The notes under the pieces are model-generated. The model was not told the origin of the DNA. It searched no databases and saw nothing but the letters and a program-made list of their open reading frames with translations. A stretch of DNA of 64,000 bases, from NCBI GenBank assembly GCA_964022095.1, contig CAXHZO010000007.1, positions 25,527 to 89,526 of the forward strand, written 5' to 3'. The translations under genes and the position numbers were made by a program. Position 1 is the stretch's first letter. Each line of letters starts with the position of its first letter. Positions 30,701 to 38,041 of this stretch are shown in pieces. The stretch comes from an uncultured Arcobacteraceae bacterium (GTDB lineage: Bacteria > Campylobacterota > Campylobacteria > Campylobacterales > Arcobacteraceae).

Positions 30701-33398
30701 CGTTGTATTGTGTTGAACCTTCTTCTAAATTATCAAGAATCCCATTTTTTAGGTTTTCTAGTTCTGTTGCATTAAAATAATCTCCTGAGATTAATCCTCC
30801 AACTGAACCATATAAATTATATCCTGCACTAATAGCTCCAATTCCACTACAAGCTAAAGAAGCGTATTCTAGTTTTTCATCAAAAGAAGTATAATGGTTC
30901 GGTATTTCTGCATTCCCTGAGATTGAAAATCCTAAATTTTGATTTTGAATTCCATAAAATTGGTCATTAGTAGAAAATCTATTTAAAAAGAAATCGGCTT
31001 CTCCTAAAGGTTCATCTTCTCCATTTATTTCATTTTGTCTTATTTCTTGCATTGTTGATATTGTATTACAAACCAAAGCAGCGTAATTCCCAGTAGCAAC
31101 TGCTAAAGCTTGATTTACTATATATTTAGCAACTGCAAATATTTGCAATGAAGAATCAACTTCATCTTCATCTAAAGCACTATATTGAAAAGCAAAAGGA
31201 ATTGTAGTTGTAGCCATTCTTTCTTTTGTAAGTGCTAATATAGGCATATTTATTGGAATATCTGGATGATAAAAAGTGTCATATTCTTTTACTAATGGAT
31301 TATCAACTGAAGCTTTGCCAATAGAATCTTGAATTCCATAATGATAATCTACTGGAAAATTAACATCATTGATTTGGATAATACTATTTTTCCACTCATC
31401 ATAAACATCTGTATATGTGTCATAAATCAGTCTGAATTTTGCATCATTAAGCTGTTTTGATAGATTTTTTTCATATTTAATCAATAGATACTGTTTCATA
31501 TCTTCATTTAATGAAGTATATGTAAAAGAAGGATAAAACATATTAAAAATATTTTCTAAACTATCATTGAATTCATTACAAATTTGATTTTCTCTAAATA
31601 ATGCCATATCTCTGCCATTATCATTCCAACATTTATATGCAGGGTATTGAGGGTTTTCTTGAAATTCATTTTCTATATCTTTCCCCATATCAAGTTTAGG
31701 AGCCATATTTGTATGTAAAGATAACTTTACTTCTGCTCTTGACCCTATAGATTCTCCATCGTGTGAGAATTCTGCATTTTTCATCTCAGAAATAATGAAT
31801 TTTTTACGGTTTGCAGTTTCATTTGTTCTTAAAGATATTTTATAATTACTATCTAAAAGTTCAGTTGTACTTTCTTTCATAACATAATAAGATGTAATTT
31901 TATTTGTAGAGGTATCAATAGTGTATTGATTACTCTCCCCATAAATTCTAGGTATTGCATAAATTGTCCAAGTTCCATTTTCTCTAGGTAGTACTAAGTC
32001 AATTGATCCAACATTTATGTGACTTGTCAATATTCCTGATGGAGATTGAATAAGATATTGAATTGAACTATTAGTTGAATTTTCATTAATAAATGAAATA
32101 ATTTGATTACTTTCACTACTATAATCTAATATTGAGAATTTCATTATATATGATTGAAAAAAAGTCTCATTATTTGGATTTGAAGATATTCTATTTACTA
32201 AATCATAAGCACCATTTGAGGGTATCAGTTCTTTTTCAAAATCACTAGGTTTTTTTATTCCCATAATATTTGCTTCAATTTTATTGTCATCTTCTGTCAT
32301 ATAATAAGGGATACAAATATCTTCTTCGAATACAGGAATAAATACTTTTTGTTTTTCATAAGCTTCTAATCTTGTATTAAAAAGTATTTTATCTTTATGT
32401 TTAAATTCAATATCAACAGCAGCAGAAGATTTATTATAAAGTGTTAGTTCTGCAAGACCTGTTTCATTTAATTGAAAATATCTTTGCCCATCTTCATTTC
32501 CTAGTAAAGGCACTGTGGTATCTATTGTTGCATAAATATTTGTTCCATTTACTGGAGTGTTTTCTATACCCATTATATGAAATGGATAAGATTTTTCTAT
32601 TCCTCTACATTCCATAAATTGGTGTGATTTATATTTCAAGAAATCATTAGGAGATACCTGTAAATCACCATTATTCTCATTTATAGAATTAAGTATATTG
32701 TTATCTTGTAAATCTAATACTGCTTTACTAAAAGATCTAGATTTAGCAACAGTTGTGTTTACAGGAACGTTTTGCATAGAATTAATTATGGTAAAAAATA
32801 TTGGTTGTAAATCTTTTATTGCATTTTTTAGATTTTTAAATTCATTATATGTAAGAAGTTCTTGATCAAATCCTGAGAGTTTATTATTATATGCAATCCA
32901 TTGTTGTTTTACATACTCATCATTTGCTGTTGTGCTTAAAGTTTCTGTTTGATTAGTACTTGACCATACTCTAAAGTCACTAGTTTTTAAAGTATCAACT
33001 TGTGTATCAACTATAGATAAACTATCAAATGCATTTTGAGTAATTGATTTATTTGTTAACAAGGGTTTTAATAAGATTTCTTTTTCTAAATCTTTTATTA
33101 GATTTACTAAATCTTCAGATTGCAAACTTGAATCTTTCTCTTTTAATTTAATAAAAAACTCAAGAGGATCTTGACTATTTAGACTAGTTGCTAATTCTTG
33201 AGTATTTGTAATACCTAAATCATTTAAAGACTTAGAAACTTTTGCAACTGATTCTAAATCTTCTAATTGAGTAAACACAGTTTCTTTAGTAGTTGAAATC
33301 GCAGTTTCGCTACTTTCTGTTCCACCTCCTATACAAGAGGTAAAAAATAAAATTGCAAATATATGCAAAATTATAATTTTAAATTTACGTAGTAACAT
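24762..33398 (-). CDS. 2878-aa multidomain surface lipoprotein (adhesin-like): propeller-like, cadherin/He_PIG-like, duplicated DTTP modules, DUF1533-like, SBBP-like propeller, C-terminal DUF1566
   Basis: Lipobox FTSC at residue 22; KPDW..GTP..GTYDIKVTAKN and NPTW..TTTGNISG; FTDDQDWRDSI; DTDGNIYVAGNT; ITDYDNNLQW..YC..WRVPTQSEL..YWT..IRCVR. Confidence 0.8.
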   Translation of the reverse strand: MLLRKFKIIILHIFAILFFTSCIGGGTESSETAISTTKETVFTQLEDLESVAKVSKSLNDLGITNTQELATSLNSQDPLEFFIKLKEKDSSLQSEDLVNLIKDLEKEILLKPLLTNKSITQNAFDSLSIVDTQVDTLKTSDFRVWSSTNQTETLSTTANDEYVKQQWIAYNNKLSGFDQELLTYNEFKNLKNAIKDLQPIFFTIINSMQNVPVNTTVAKSRSFSKAVLDLQDNNILNSINENNGDLQVSPNDFLKYKSHQFMECRGIEKSYPFHIMGIENTPVNGTNIYATIDTTVPLLGNEDGQRYFQLNETGLAELTLYNKSSAAVDIEFKHKDKILFNTRLEAYEKQKVFIPVFEEDICIPYYMTEDDNKIEANIMGIKKPSDFEKELIPSNGAYDLVNRISSNPNNETFFQSYIMKFSILDYSSESNQIISFINENSTNSSIQYLIQSPSGILTSHINVGSIDLVLPRENGTWTIYAIPRIYGESNQYTIDTSTNKITSYYVMKESTTELLDSNYKISLRTNETANRKKFIISEMKNAEFSHDGESIGSRAEVKLSLHTNMAPKLDMGKDIENEFQENPQYPAYKCWNDNGRDMALFRENQICNEFNDSLENIFNMFYPSFTYTSLNEDMKQYLLIKYEKNLSKQLNDAKFRLIYDTYTDVYDEWKNSIIQINDVNFPVDYHYGIQDSIGKASVDNPLVKEYDTFYHPDIPINMPILALTKERMATTTIPFAFQYSALDEDEVDSSLQIFAVAKYIVNQALAVATGNYAALVCNTISTMQEIRQNEINGEDEPLGEADFFLNRFSTNDQFYGIQNQNLGFSISGNAEIPNHYTSFDEKLEYASLACSGIGAISAGYNLYGSVGGLISGDYFNATELENLKNGILDNLEEGSTQYNEMVAAFDDIKNGTANAQSLATLATAEKLSSFAEGIDIFNNLLDVNDTLGGLGSQGYNTMRSEANYFYSSFENRKTRSNITIKEVDSLPVVDTSVTLDSVHIIHNLEDGNAEVKLRTRVGVISDENPTYNGSFASNAPYMINGELIYDNGTNNYKTLPNLPFKGYLLKSKNYNGIKDGDFLNIGTDFSLYDASYPSSNNTASIYLEIGLFEGDGGGVDDDMIGVLSKTFYLEDLYNNVDGFRWTPLGNNSYRLSVTDYPVYDAVNLATSVEIIDTENREKQLAHNRDRINDPSALISFHIDIQLGDFIDYEIINVEDAIVDSNPNNAKEPMDYSLLNLKERDFLLANEMRLYDVYNNKAIIYDYEDQIKIANIDENKNLSWGLGINSAALEEQYKPLIQLKNHRRFTSDAINNISFIDTNNLLVFKKEYEYFNEQARLAILDIKDGDTYGDVRGEIKFPIGSAPIHVTTKRVNENTIQVFAILPNIDQNDGKILVYTVTKDSITLIKEEILAHVPQDILLIDDETVLLKSAKIKHISYDDYLNTQEYWIDETYLTLYEFKDNTFRPIDLRQYTFSHHSYNKGTGLVNPFGSSLKNKMKNINSGIVNRLAKVKVINYNYLDSTFVGVINLIYNADNKNYRFGDVQKERVHASNYIENDIYPYFLSDWLTVYPDDLKRDTLDFPYTKIFEENIKYEAKESVFLDSRYILAIGHKLKDDLSINSDALSIIDTFHIDNTEPEIFGTDFEQIHIMEHSNNFHTSINFKVVDNESSMNDLNVTFTQMNPETDEEYYTGTNTDEVNFLQRAKLTCSSDGNCNMTVDLPLKDSSIKTKFRINVQDDNLVVHKYFTTWLAKSEPNIYSYPPLNITLKNENEYNKVDFEIISQNEINNGYIDEFIIENKPDWITSSEYIYGSKTLKLEGTPPLGSAGTYDIKVTAKNDRFEDVEHYIINVIEPDTTPNDFSLQTFEDVELSTLVTKDIVIEGINGYAPISVINGEYTIDDSGIWKTSEDLVTNTSLIKVRHTSSDEYSTETITTLNIGGKTSQLVSRTITDPNKGDFTPNQFTFIDVIDSQLSSIVSSIITITGINETVDLSITNGEYSFNNKDWFTINTTIENSQQIFVRHTSSNLYSSTVNTILTVGGISDTFSSTTIDIPVPILQRQIIPTYEVGQVLNLNINNIGGVATSWSIANNPTWMIIDTTTGNISGIAQSGYFSNILITATNSSGSDDFILNLSVNSKNYPNINIGSHTIDENEIDFTFTDDQDWRDSIESITIQEDYGQDEIPLVEGSDYTLVAGKLSLIVNGTNNIPTKAGNWIITIKATNYYDCTIQVYVQNGSIDILNAQNTLSVSNAPLKQGEISNIKFQALDRFGNIMSYKEVYFDMLITNDDNTFDEPYLIKDINETIYNDFINLSYSPSNRHSYYTNENGWVEIMIKVPACIDVNDGFEIVIKDTNETILMTTANLISSISFESSTSVCTDNDWIKRFGLDTIYNMKLQTDTDGNIYVAGNTTANIEGVTNLSGDIYLSKIDRNGVTKWEKLLGSSEYDLFNDFIIDDTSLYLAITTNGSLDNNSNAGLQDAGLLKVSTIDGSLIFANQVGDINDDLAIGVSKTASGINLYVDQNSESFIYTYNLNGIAISNKSLVDDYTKFIGDNENNHLSIINKNISKLDLNTDFQFSRGNVGGANYNMTGLFTIDTNSTNDIYTTGQTKLKLFDEEVLDSSYHGTIIKRNKNGNYQWSKILGEGNLITTGGTTTIDGITYVIYTQRNNSSTTAPRNMHMKVMNDIDGVVLGSYTWEAGTTAYNNITSADIISDANKHSLYIGANVYGNMINTNIADGSNVVIKKQQYDVPQNVTGYLRSDYLNIITDYDNNLQWVDTSSFMNQRVFDNASNYCSNEVNLDDNNSNSSWRVPTQSELNTTIDSSDTPAIESVFQIVDTNTAYWTDEELDISNVIGIYYWGAGGADSFPKTDSLLIRCVRDN
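27250..27850 (-). repeat. Tandem intragenic duplication of a 101-aa module (303-nt period)
   Basis: DTTPNDFS..NGEY..VRHTSS versus DFTPNQFT..NGEY..VRHTSS; GAACTTGTATGTCT occurs at 27331 and 27634. Confidence 0.85.
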
Positions 33399-33433
33399 TG
33401 GAATGCCTTTATATTTTTATGTTCTTATAACTA

Positions 33434-33467
33434 ATTATATTATTCAGGCATTGCAATTTCATTGCAA
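33434..33467 (-). promoter_or_regulatory. Promoter of the giant lipoprotein: TATAAT -10 with a TTGCAATG-N3-TTGCAATG direct repeat upstream
   Basis: Plus-strand CATTGCAA at 33449 and 33460 (11-bp period); ATTATA at 33434-33439. Confidence 0.6.
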
Positions 33468-33551
33468 AAATTCCAATAAAGATATTTATATTGTTTATTG
33501 ATGATTAACTTTTAGTGTATATAATAAAATATATAATTTATAGGAAATATA

Positions 33552-33950
33552 ATGTTTTTAATGAAACTACAATCAAAAGAGAAATTCTCTTTTTTACAGT
33601 TAGCACACTATTTAGCTAGAGTTGATGATGTTTATGGACAAAAAGAAGAAGAGATAATTTTAGAGTATTGTACTGAAATGGGTATAGAAAACTTTGATTC
33701 TTTTGATAAAGATACTTTTTCTTTAGATGATATTTTAAATGATTTTAAAAGTAGTGTTAGTAAGAAAATTGTTGTTTTAGAATTAATGATATTAATTCAT
33801 ATTGACTCAAAATATCACAAAAAAGAGAAAGAGTTAATAGAAAAAATTATTAAAAATTTCAAACTAAGTGATATTGAGATGCAAAAGTACTCTAAGTGGG
33901 GAGAATCTGTGGCAATTTTGAATGAAGAGGGAAAAAATTATATAAAATAA
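33552..33950 (+). CDS. TerB-like helical protein
   Basis: LAHYLARVD..EEEI and LELMILIHID..EKELI duplicated pattern typical of TerB-like proteins. Confidence 0.65.
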   Translation: MFLMKLQSKEKFSFLQLAHYLARVDDVYGQKEEEIILEYCTEMGIENFDSFDKDTFSLDDILNDFKSSVSKKIVVLELMILIHIDSKYHKKEKELIEKIIKNFKLSDIEMQKYSKWGESVAILNEEGKNYIK

Positions 33951-34005
33951 TAAAAAAGACAAAAATTATATTGAATTGTAGGAAATTTTAGGTAGAATTC
34001 CTTTT

Positions 34006-34206
34006 ATGGAACTAATAGAAACATTAAATAGTAAAATTGATAAATTATTACACGAGTATGAAAAGTTGAAGCTAGAAAATATGAATTTAAAGCAGGAACT
34101 TGATACTTTAAAAAATGATAATGATGAATTAGTTCGAAATAATCAAGATATGTTTCTAAGAATAGATAGTACACTAACATTAAAAAAGGCTAGAAAAGGT
34201 GAGTAA
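34006..34206 (+). CDS. Short coiled-coil protein, ZapB-like
   Basis: LNSKIDKLL..LKLEN..LKQE heptads; precedes a ZapA-like ORF. Confidence 0.6.
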   Translation: MELIETLNSKIDKLLHEYEKLKLENMNLKQELDTLKNDNDELVRNNQDMFLRIDSTLTLKKARKGE

Positions 34207-34408
34207 GCAAGCGACATTTCATATTAATAATATGGCTTATACTGTTAACTTAGATGAAGACGTCTTAGAACACCTTAGTAAGTATTTAGATTTAGATAAG
34301 AATAATGATACAAAAGATTTATTAGGTGCATACATAAAGCTATCTCATGAATTCAAAACTTTTAAAAAAGATATAGAACAAGTTACAGATAAACTTTCAA
34401 GGTTTTAA
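34199..34408 (+). CDS. Small protein, ZapA-like
   Basis: N-terminal beta hairpin (FHINNMAYTV) followed by a helix and coiled coil; overlaps the previous gene. Confidence 0.5.
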   Translation: MSKQATFHINNMAYTVNLDEDVLEHLSKYLDLDKNNDTKDLLGAYIKLSHEFKTFKKDIEQVTDKLSRF

Positions 34409-34409
34409 A

Positions 34410-34841
34410 ATCAAAGCATTTTCTTTACTTGAAATAACAATAGTTATTCTTTTAATAGGCATAATAATAACTTTTGCTTTACCAAATTTTTCAAATATTA
34501 ATAATCAATCAAATTTAGCAAAATTAAAATCGCAAGTTACACAATTAAATGATTCTATAAATAAATATAAAACAGAAAAATTGCTTCTAAATGAAAATAA
34601 TGAAATAACGACTTTAGATGATGCAATTAGTAATCAAATTAATCAAGAACTATTTACTAAGTTTTTAGATGAAAAAATACTTTCAACAACAAATACCGTA
34701 AATAAAAGTGGATTTTGGATTAAAATGGATAATAAAAACTACTCTTTTATAATTTCAAAGGATGAAAAAATCAATTTTACTTTAGAAAATTCAACTTTTA
34801 AATGTGTTAGTGATATAAAATTATGTCAGAGGCTTTACTAA
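34410..34841 (+). CDS. Prepilin/pseudopilin with class III signal, apparent ATC start
   Basis: In-frame IKAFSLLEITIVILLIGIIITFALP lies upstream of the called TTG at 34581. No ATG/GTG/TTG between the stop at 34374 and 34581; AAGG 7 nt before the ATC. Confidence 0.7.
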   Translation: MKAFSLLEITIVILLIGIIITFALPNFSNINNQSNLAKLKSQVTQLNDSINKYKTEKLLLNENNEITTLDDAISNQINQELFTKFLDEKILSTTNTVNKSGFWIKMDNKNYSFIISKDEKINFTLENSTFKCVSDIKLCQRLY

Positions 34842-36688
34842 TGTATTATTATGAACTAGCACTATTAAAGTCTCCACTTGATAATCTAACATATCAAAGC
34901 CAGAACTCTTTATCAAAAGGTGATAAAGTACTTGTAAAACTTCAAAATAGAAAAGTACTAAATGAAGCAGTTGTTATAAAGGAGGTTGAAAAACCAACTT
35001 TTAAATGTAGTGATATTCAAGAATTCACTGATGAATTTTATGATGAGAAAATGCTTTTAGTAGCTCATTTTATATCTCAATATTATGTTTGTAGTTTAGG
35101 TGAAGCTTTAAGTATTTATACTTCGTTTAATAAAAACATACAAAAAGATACTGCTACAGTTATTTTTGATAGTAAAATTGAACTCTCACCTAAGCAAACA
35201 AAAGCAGTAGAGTTTTTAGATAAAAAGAAACAAGCCTTACTATTTGCAAATACGGGTTCTGGGAAAACGGAAATCTATATAAAAACTATTGAAAAACATC
35301 TAAATGAAAATAAACAAGCAATTTTACTTATGCCAGAGATTTCATTAACTCCTCAAATGCAAAAAAGATTAGAAAAAGTTTTTGGTTCTAGTGTTGCTAT
35401 TTGGCACTCAAAAATTACAAAAAAGAAAAAATCTGAGATTTTAACTGCACTACAAGAGGGAAAAATAAAACTTATTGCAGGTGCAAGATCTGCACTTTTT
35501 TTACCTTTTAATAATCTTGGAGTTATAGTTGTTGATGAAGAGCATGATGATTCATATAAAAGTGATTCAAAACCAAGATATCATGCAAAAGACTTAGCTA
35601 TTTATATGGCAAAAAAGTTTGATATTCAGTTGATATTAGGAAGTGCAACTGTTAGTTCTACTTCATTTAATAAAGTGCCTTACTTCAGACTTGATGAAAC
35701 TTTTTATGATACAAGTAAAAACTATATATTTGATGATAGTGATGCAAACATATCATTAAAGGTTTTTAATAAAATAAAATCAACATTACAATCAGACAAT
35801 CAAGTTATTATTTTTTTACCTACAAGAGCAAACTTTAAATATCAAATTTGTACTTCATGTGGAAAATCAGTTGAGTGCCCATACTGTTCTGTCTCTATGA
35901 GTTTACACAAAAATGATTTAGCTTTAAAATGCCATTATTGTGGATATACACAACAAATACCAGATACTTGTCCCTCTTGTAATCATGGAGTAATTCATAA
36001 TTTACGTGTTGGAACTGCTCAAATTGAGGAAGAGTTAAAAGGACACTTCCCCGATAAAACTATAAAAAGATTTGATAGAGACCAAATAAAAACAGATAAA
36101 CAGTTAAAGACAGTATTAAATGAGTTTAATGATGGGAAAATTGATATCTTAGTTGGAACGCAAATGCTATCAAAAGGTCATGATTATCATAATGTAAAAC
36201 TTGCAGTTGTTTTAGGAATAGACTCTATTTTAAATATGAACTCCTATAAATCAAGGGAAAAAGCTCTTTCTCTTTTGATTCAAATTTCAGGAAGAAGTGG
36301 TAGAAAAGGCCAAGGTGAAGTTGTAGTTCAAACTAAAAATGAAGAGTTTTTCCAACACTATTTATGTAATTCAAATTATGAAGAGTTTTTACAAGAGGAA
36401 TTAGAGTTTAGAAAAGATTTTTATCCTCCTTTTATGAAAATGTCAAAGGTTACTTTTGCCCATGCAAATGGTTTAAAAGTAAAAGATGAGCTTGATAAAT
36501 ATGTAAAAATATTTAAATCAATGGAAAATATTGAAGTTGTTGGTTTTGGTCAAAGTCCTATTTTTAAAATGGCAAATAAGTTTAGATATGAAGTAATTTT
36601 AAGATCTACGAATGTTAAGGCATTATTAACTGCACTTCATAGTATCAATAGCACACTAGCTACTATAGATATGGATACTATTTATTAA
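34841..36688 (+). CDS. priA: Primosomal protein N' helicase
   Basis: TGSGKTE, PEISLTPQ, GARSA, DEEHD, four CxxC motifs, GTQMLSKG, GRSGR. Start set at the TAATG overlap. Confidence 0.95.
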   Translation: MYYYELALLKSPLDNLTYQSQNSLSKGDKVLVKLQNRKVLNEAVVIKEVEKPTFKCSDIQEFTDEFYDEKMLLVAHFISQYYVCSLGEALSIYTSFNKNIQKDTATVIFDSKIELSPKQTKAVEFLDKKKQALLFANTGSGKTEIYIKTIEKHLNENKQAILLMPEISLTPQMQKRLEKVFGSSVAIWHSKITKKKKSEILTALQEGKIKLIAGARSALFLPFNNLGVIVVDEEHDDSYKSDSKPRYHAKDLAIYMAKKFDIQLILGSATVSSTSFNKVPYFRLDETFYDTSKNYIFDDSDANISLKVFNKIKSTLQSDNQVIIFLPTRANFKYQICTSCGKSVECPYCSVSMSLHKNDLALKCHYCGYTQQIPDTCPSCNHGVIHNLRVGTAQIEEELKGHFPDKTIKRFDRDQIKTDKQLKTVLNEFNDGKIDILVGTQMLSKGHDYHNVKLAVVLGIDSILNMNSYKSREKALSLLIQISGRSGRKGQGEVVVQTKNEEFFQHYLCNSNYEEFLQEELEFRKDFYPPFMKMSKVTFAHANGLKVKDELDKYVKIFKSMENIEVVGFGQSPIFKMANKFRYEVILRSTNVKALLTALHSINSTLATIDMDTIY

Positions 36689-36748
36689 ATTTAATCTTAT
36701 ATTTTCTTACATTATTGTATAATCGCCACAAAATTTATAGGAGACATA

Positions 36749-37936
36749 ATGGCTTATACAAAAGAAGATTTTAAAAAATTAATAGAAGATATTCAAGCTC
36801 AAGGTTGGTACAAAAACCCTATTGGTTTCGGTATTGCAAGAGTAGATAGAGGACAGTTAAATTCTGACAAAATATTACAAGCAACTTACCCATTAATAAA
36901 CTGGAAAGAAAACTACGGAAGCGCAGCAGTTTTATTAAATGCATTAAAAGAAGCTGGAGAAGATGTTGATACATCAAAATCAGAATTAGTTTTAAACATT
37001 TCAGATAAATTCTTAGCATCATGCGTTGAAGCATTTAGACCATATATTCCTGAAGCAAAAGGTGAAGATCACAAAAATGTTCAAGTTATTTCAACATTAG
37101 CTTCATTACCAATTGATTCTGGACTTACTGCTGATGATTATAAAGTGGTATTTATTTTTGAAGATGAAACTGTAAACTCTGTTGAAGCAGCATACTTAAA
37201 ATTATATGCTCTTTCAACTGGAAAAGCAGCTTTAAGAAGTTTAAACTTAAATGGAATCTTTGGAGCATTACATAATGTTGCATGGGTTGGTAATCAACCA
37301 ATCGAATTAGACTGGTTAAGAGCAAATGAAATTGCATTAAAATTATCAGGAAAATATCCTACAATTGATATGGTAGATAAATTCCCAAGATTCTTATCTC
37401 ATGTAATTCCTGCAGATAACACAAGAATCTTAGAAACATCAAAAGTTAGAATGGGTGCTCAATTAGCAGCTGGTACAACTGTAATGCCTGGTGCTGCTTA
37501 CATTAACTTTAATGCTGGTACTGAAGGTTCAGTTATGGTTGAAGGAAGAATTTCTTCTTCTGCTGTTGTTGGTGCTGGTTCTGATGTTGGTGGTGGTGCT
37601 TCGATTCTTGGTGTATTATCAGGAACAGATGGAGTGCCAGTATCTATTGGAGAAAACACATTATTAGGTGCTAACTCTTGTACTGGTACTGCTATTGGAG
37701 ATTCTTGTATCTTAGATGCTGGTGTAACAATTTTACCAGGAACTAAAATTACATTATCTGAAAAAGCTGTTGCTGCTTTAAAGGAAATTAACCCAGATAA
37801 AGAGATTTCTACTTCAATGAAAGGTAGTGATTTCTTAGGAGTAAATGGAGTTCACTTTAGAGTTAACTCAACAACTGGTCAAACAATTGCAATGAGATCA
37901 ACTAGAGAAGTTAAATTAAACGCTGATTTACACTAG
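36749..37936 (+). CDS. dapD: Tetrahydrodipicolinate N-succinyltransferase
   Basis: VDKFPR, YINFNAGT, VEGRISS, hexapeptide repeats, terminal LNADLH. Confidence 0.93.
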   Translation: MAYTKEDFKKLIEDIQAQGWYKNPIGFGIARVDRGQLNSDKILQATYPLINWKENYGSAAVLLNALKEAGEDVDTSKSELVLNISDKFLASCVEAFRPYIPEAKGEDHKNVQVISTLASLPIDSGLTADDYKVVFIFEDETVNSVEAAYLKLYALSTGKAALRSLNLNGIFGALHNVAWVGNQPIELDWLRANEIALKLSGKYPTIDMVDKFPRFLSHVIPADNTRILETSKVRMGAQLAAGTTVMPGAAYINFNAGTEGSVMVEGRISSSAVVGAGSDVGGGASILGVLSGTDGVPVSIGENTLLGANSCTGTAIGDSCILDAGVTILPGTKITLSEKAVAALKEINPDKEISTSMKGSDFLGVNGVHFRVNSTTGQTIAMRSTREVKLNADLH

Positions 37937-37953
37937 TTTTTAATTCTTAAGAT

Positions 37954-37990
37954 AAAAAAGGCGATGAGTTTTCACTCATTGCCTTTTTTT
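37954..37990 (+). terminator. Rho-independent terminator after dapD
   Basis: AAAAAAGGCGATGAGT-ttc-ACTCATTGCCTTTTTTT type hairpin with U-tract. Confidence 0.85.
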
Positions 37991-38041
37991 ATAAATATAT
38001 ACATATATTTATAGTGATTATTAAATTATTATTATATAATC

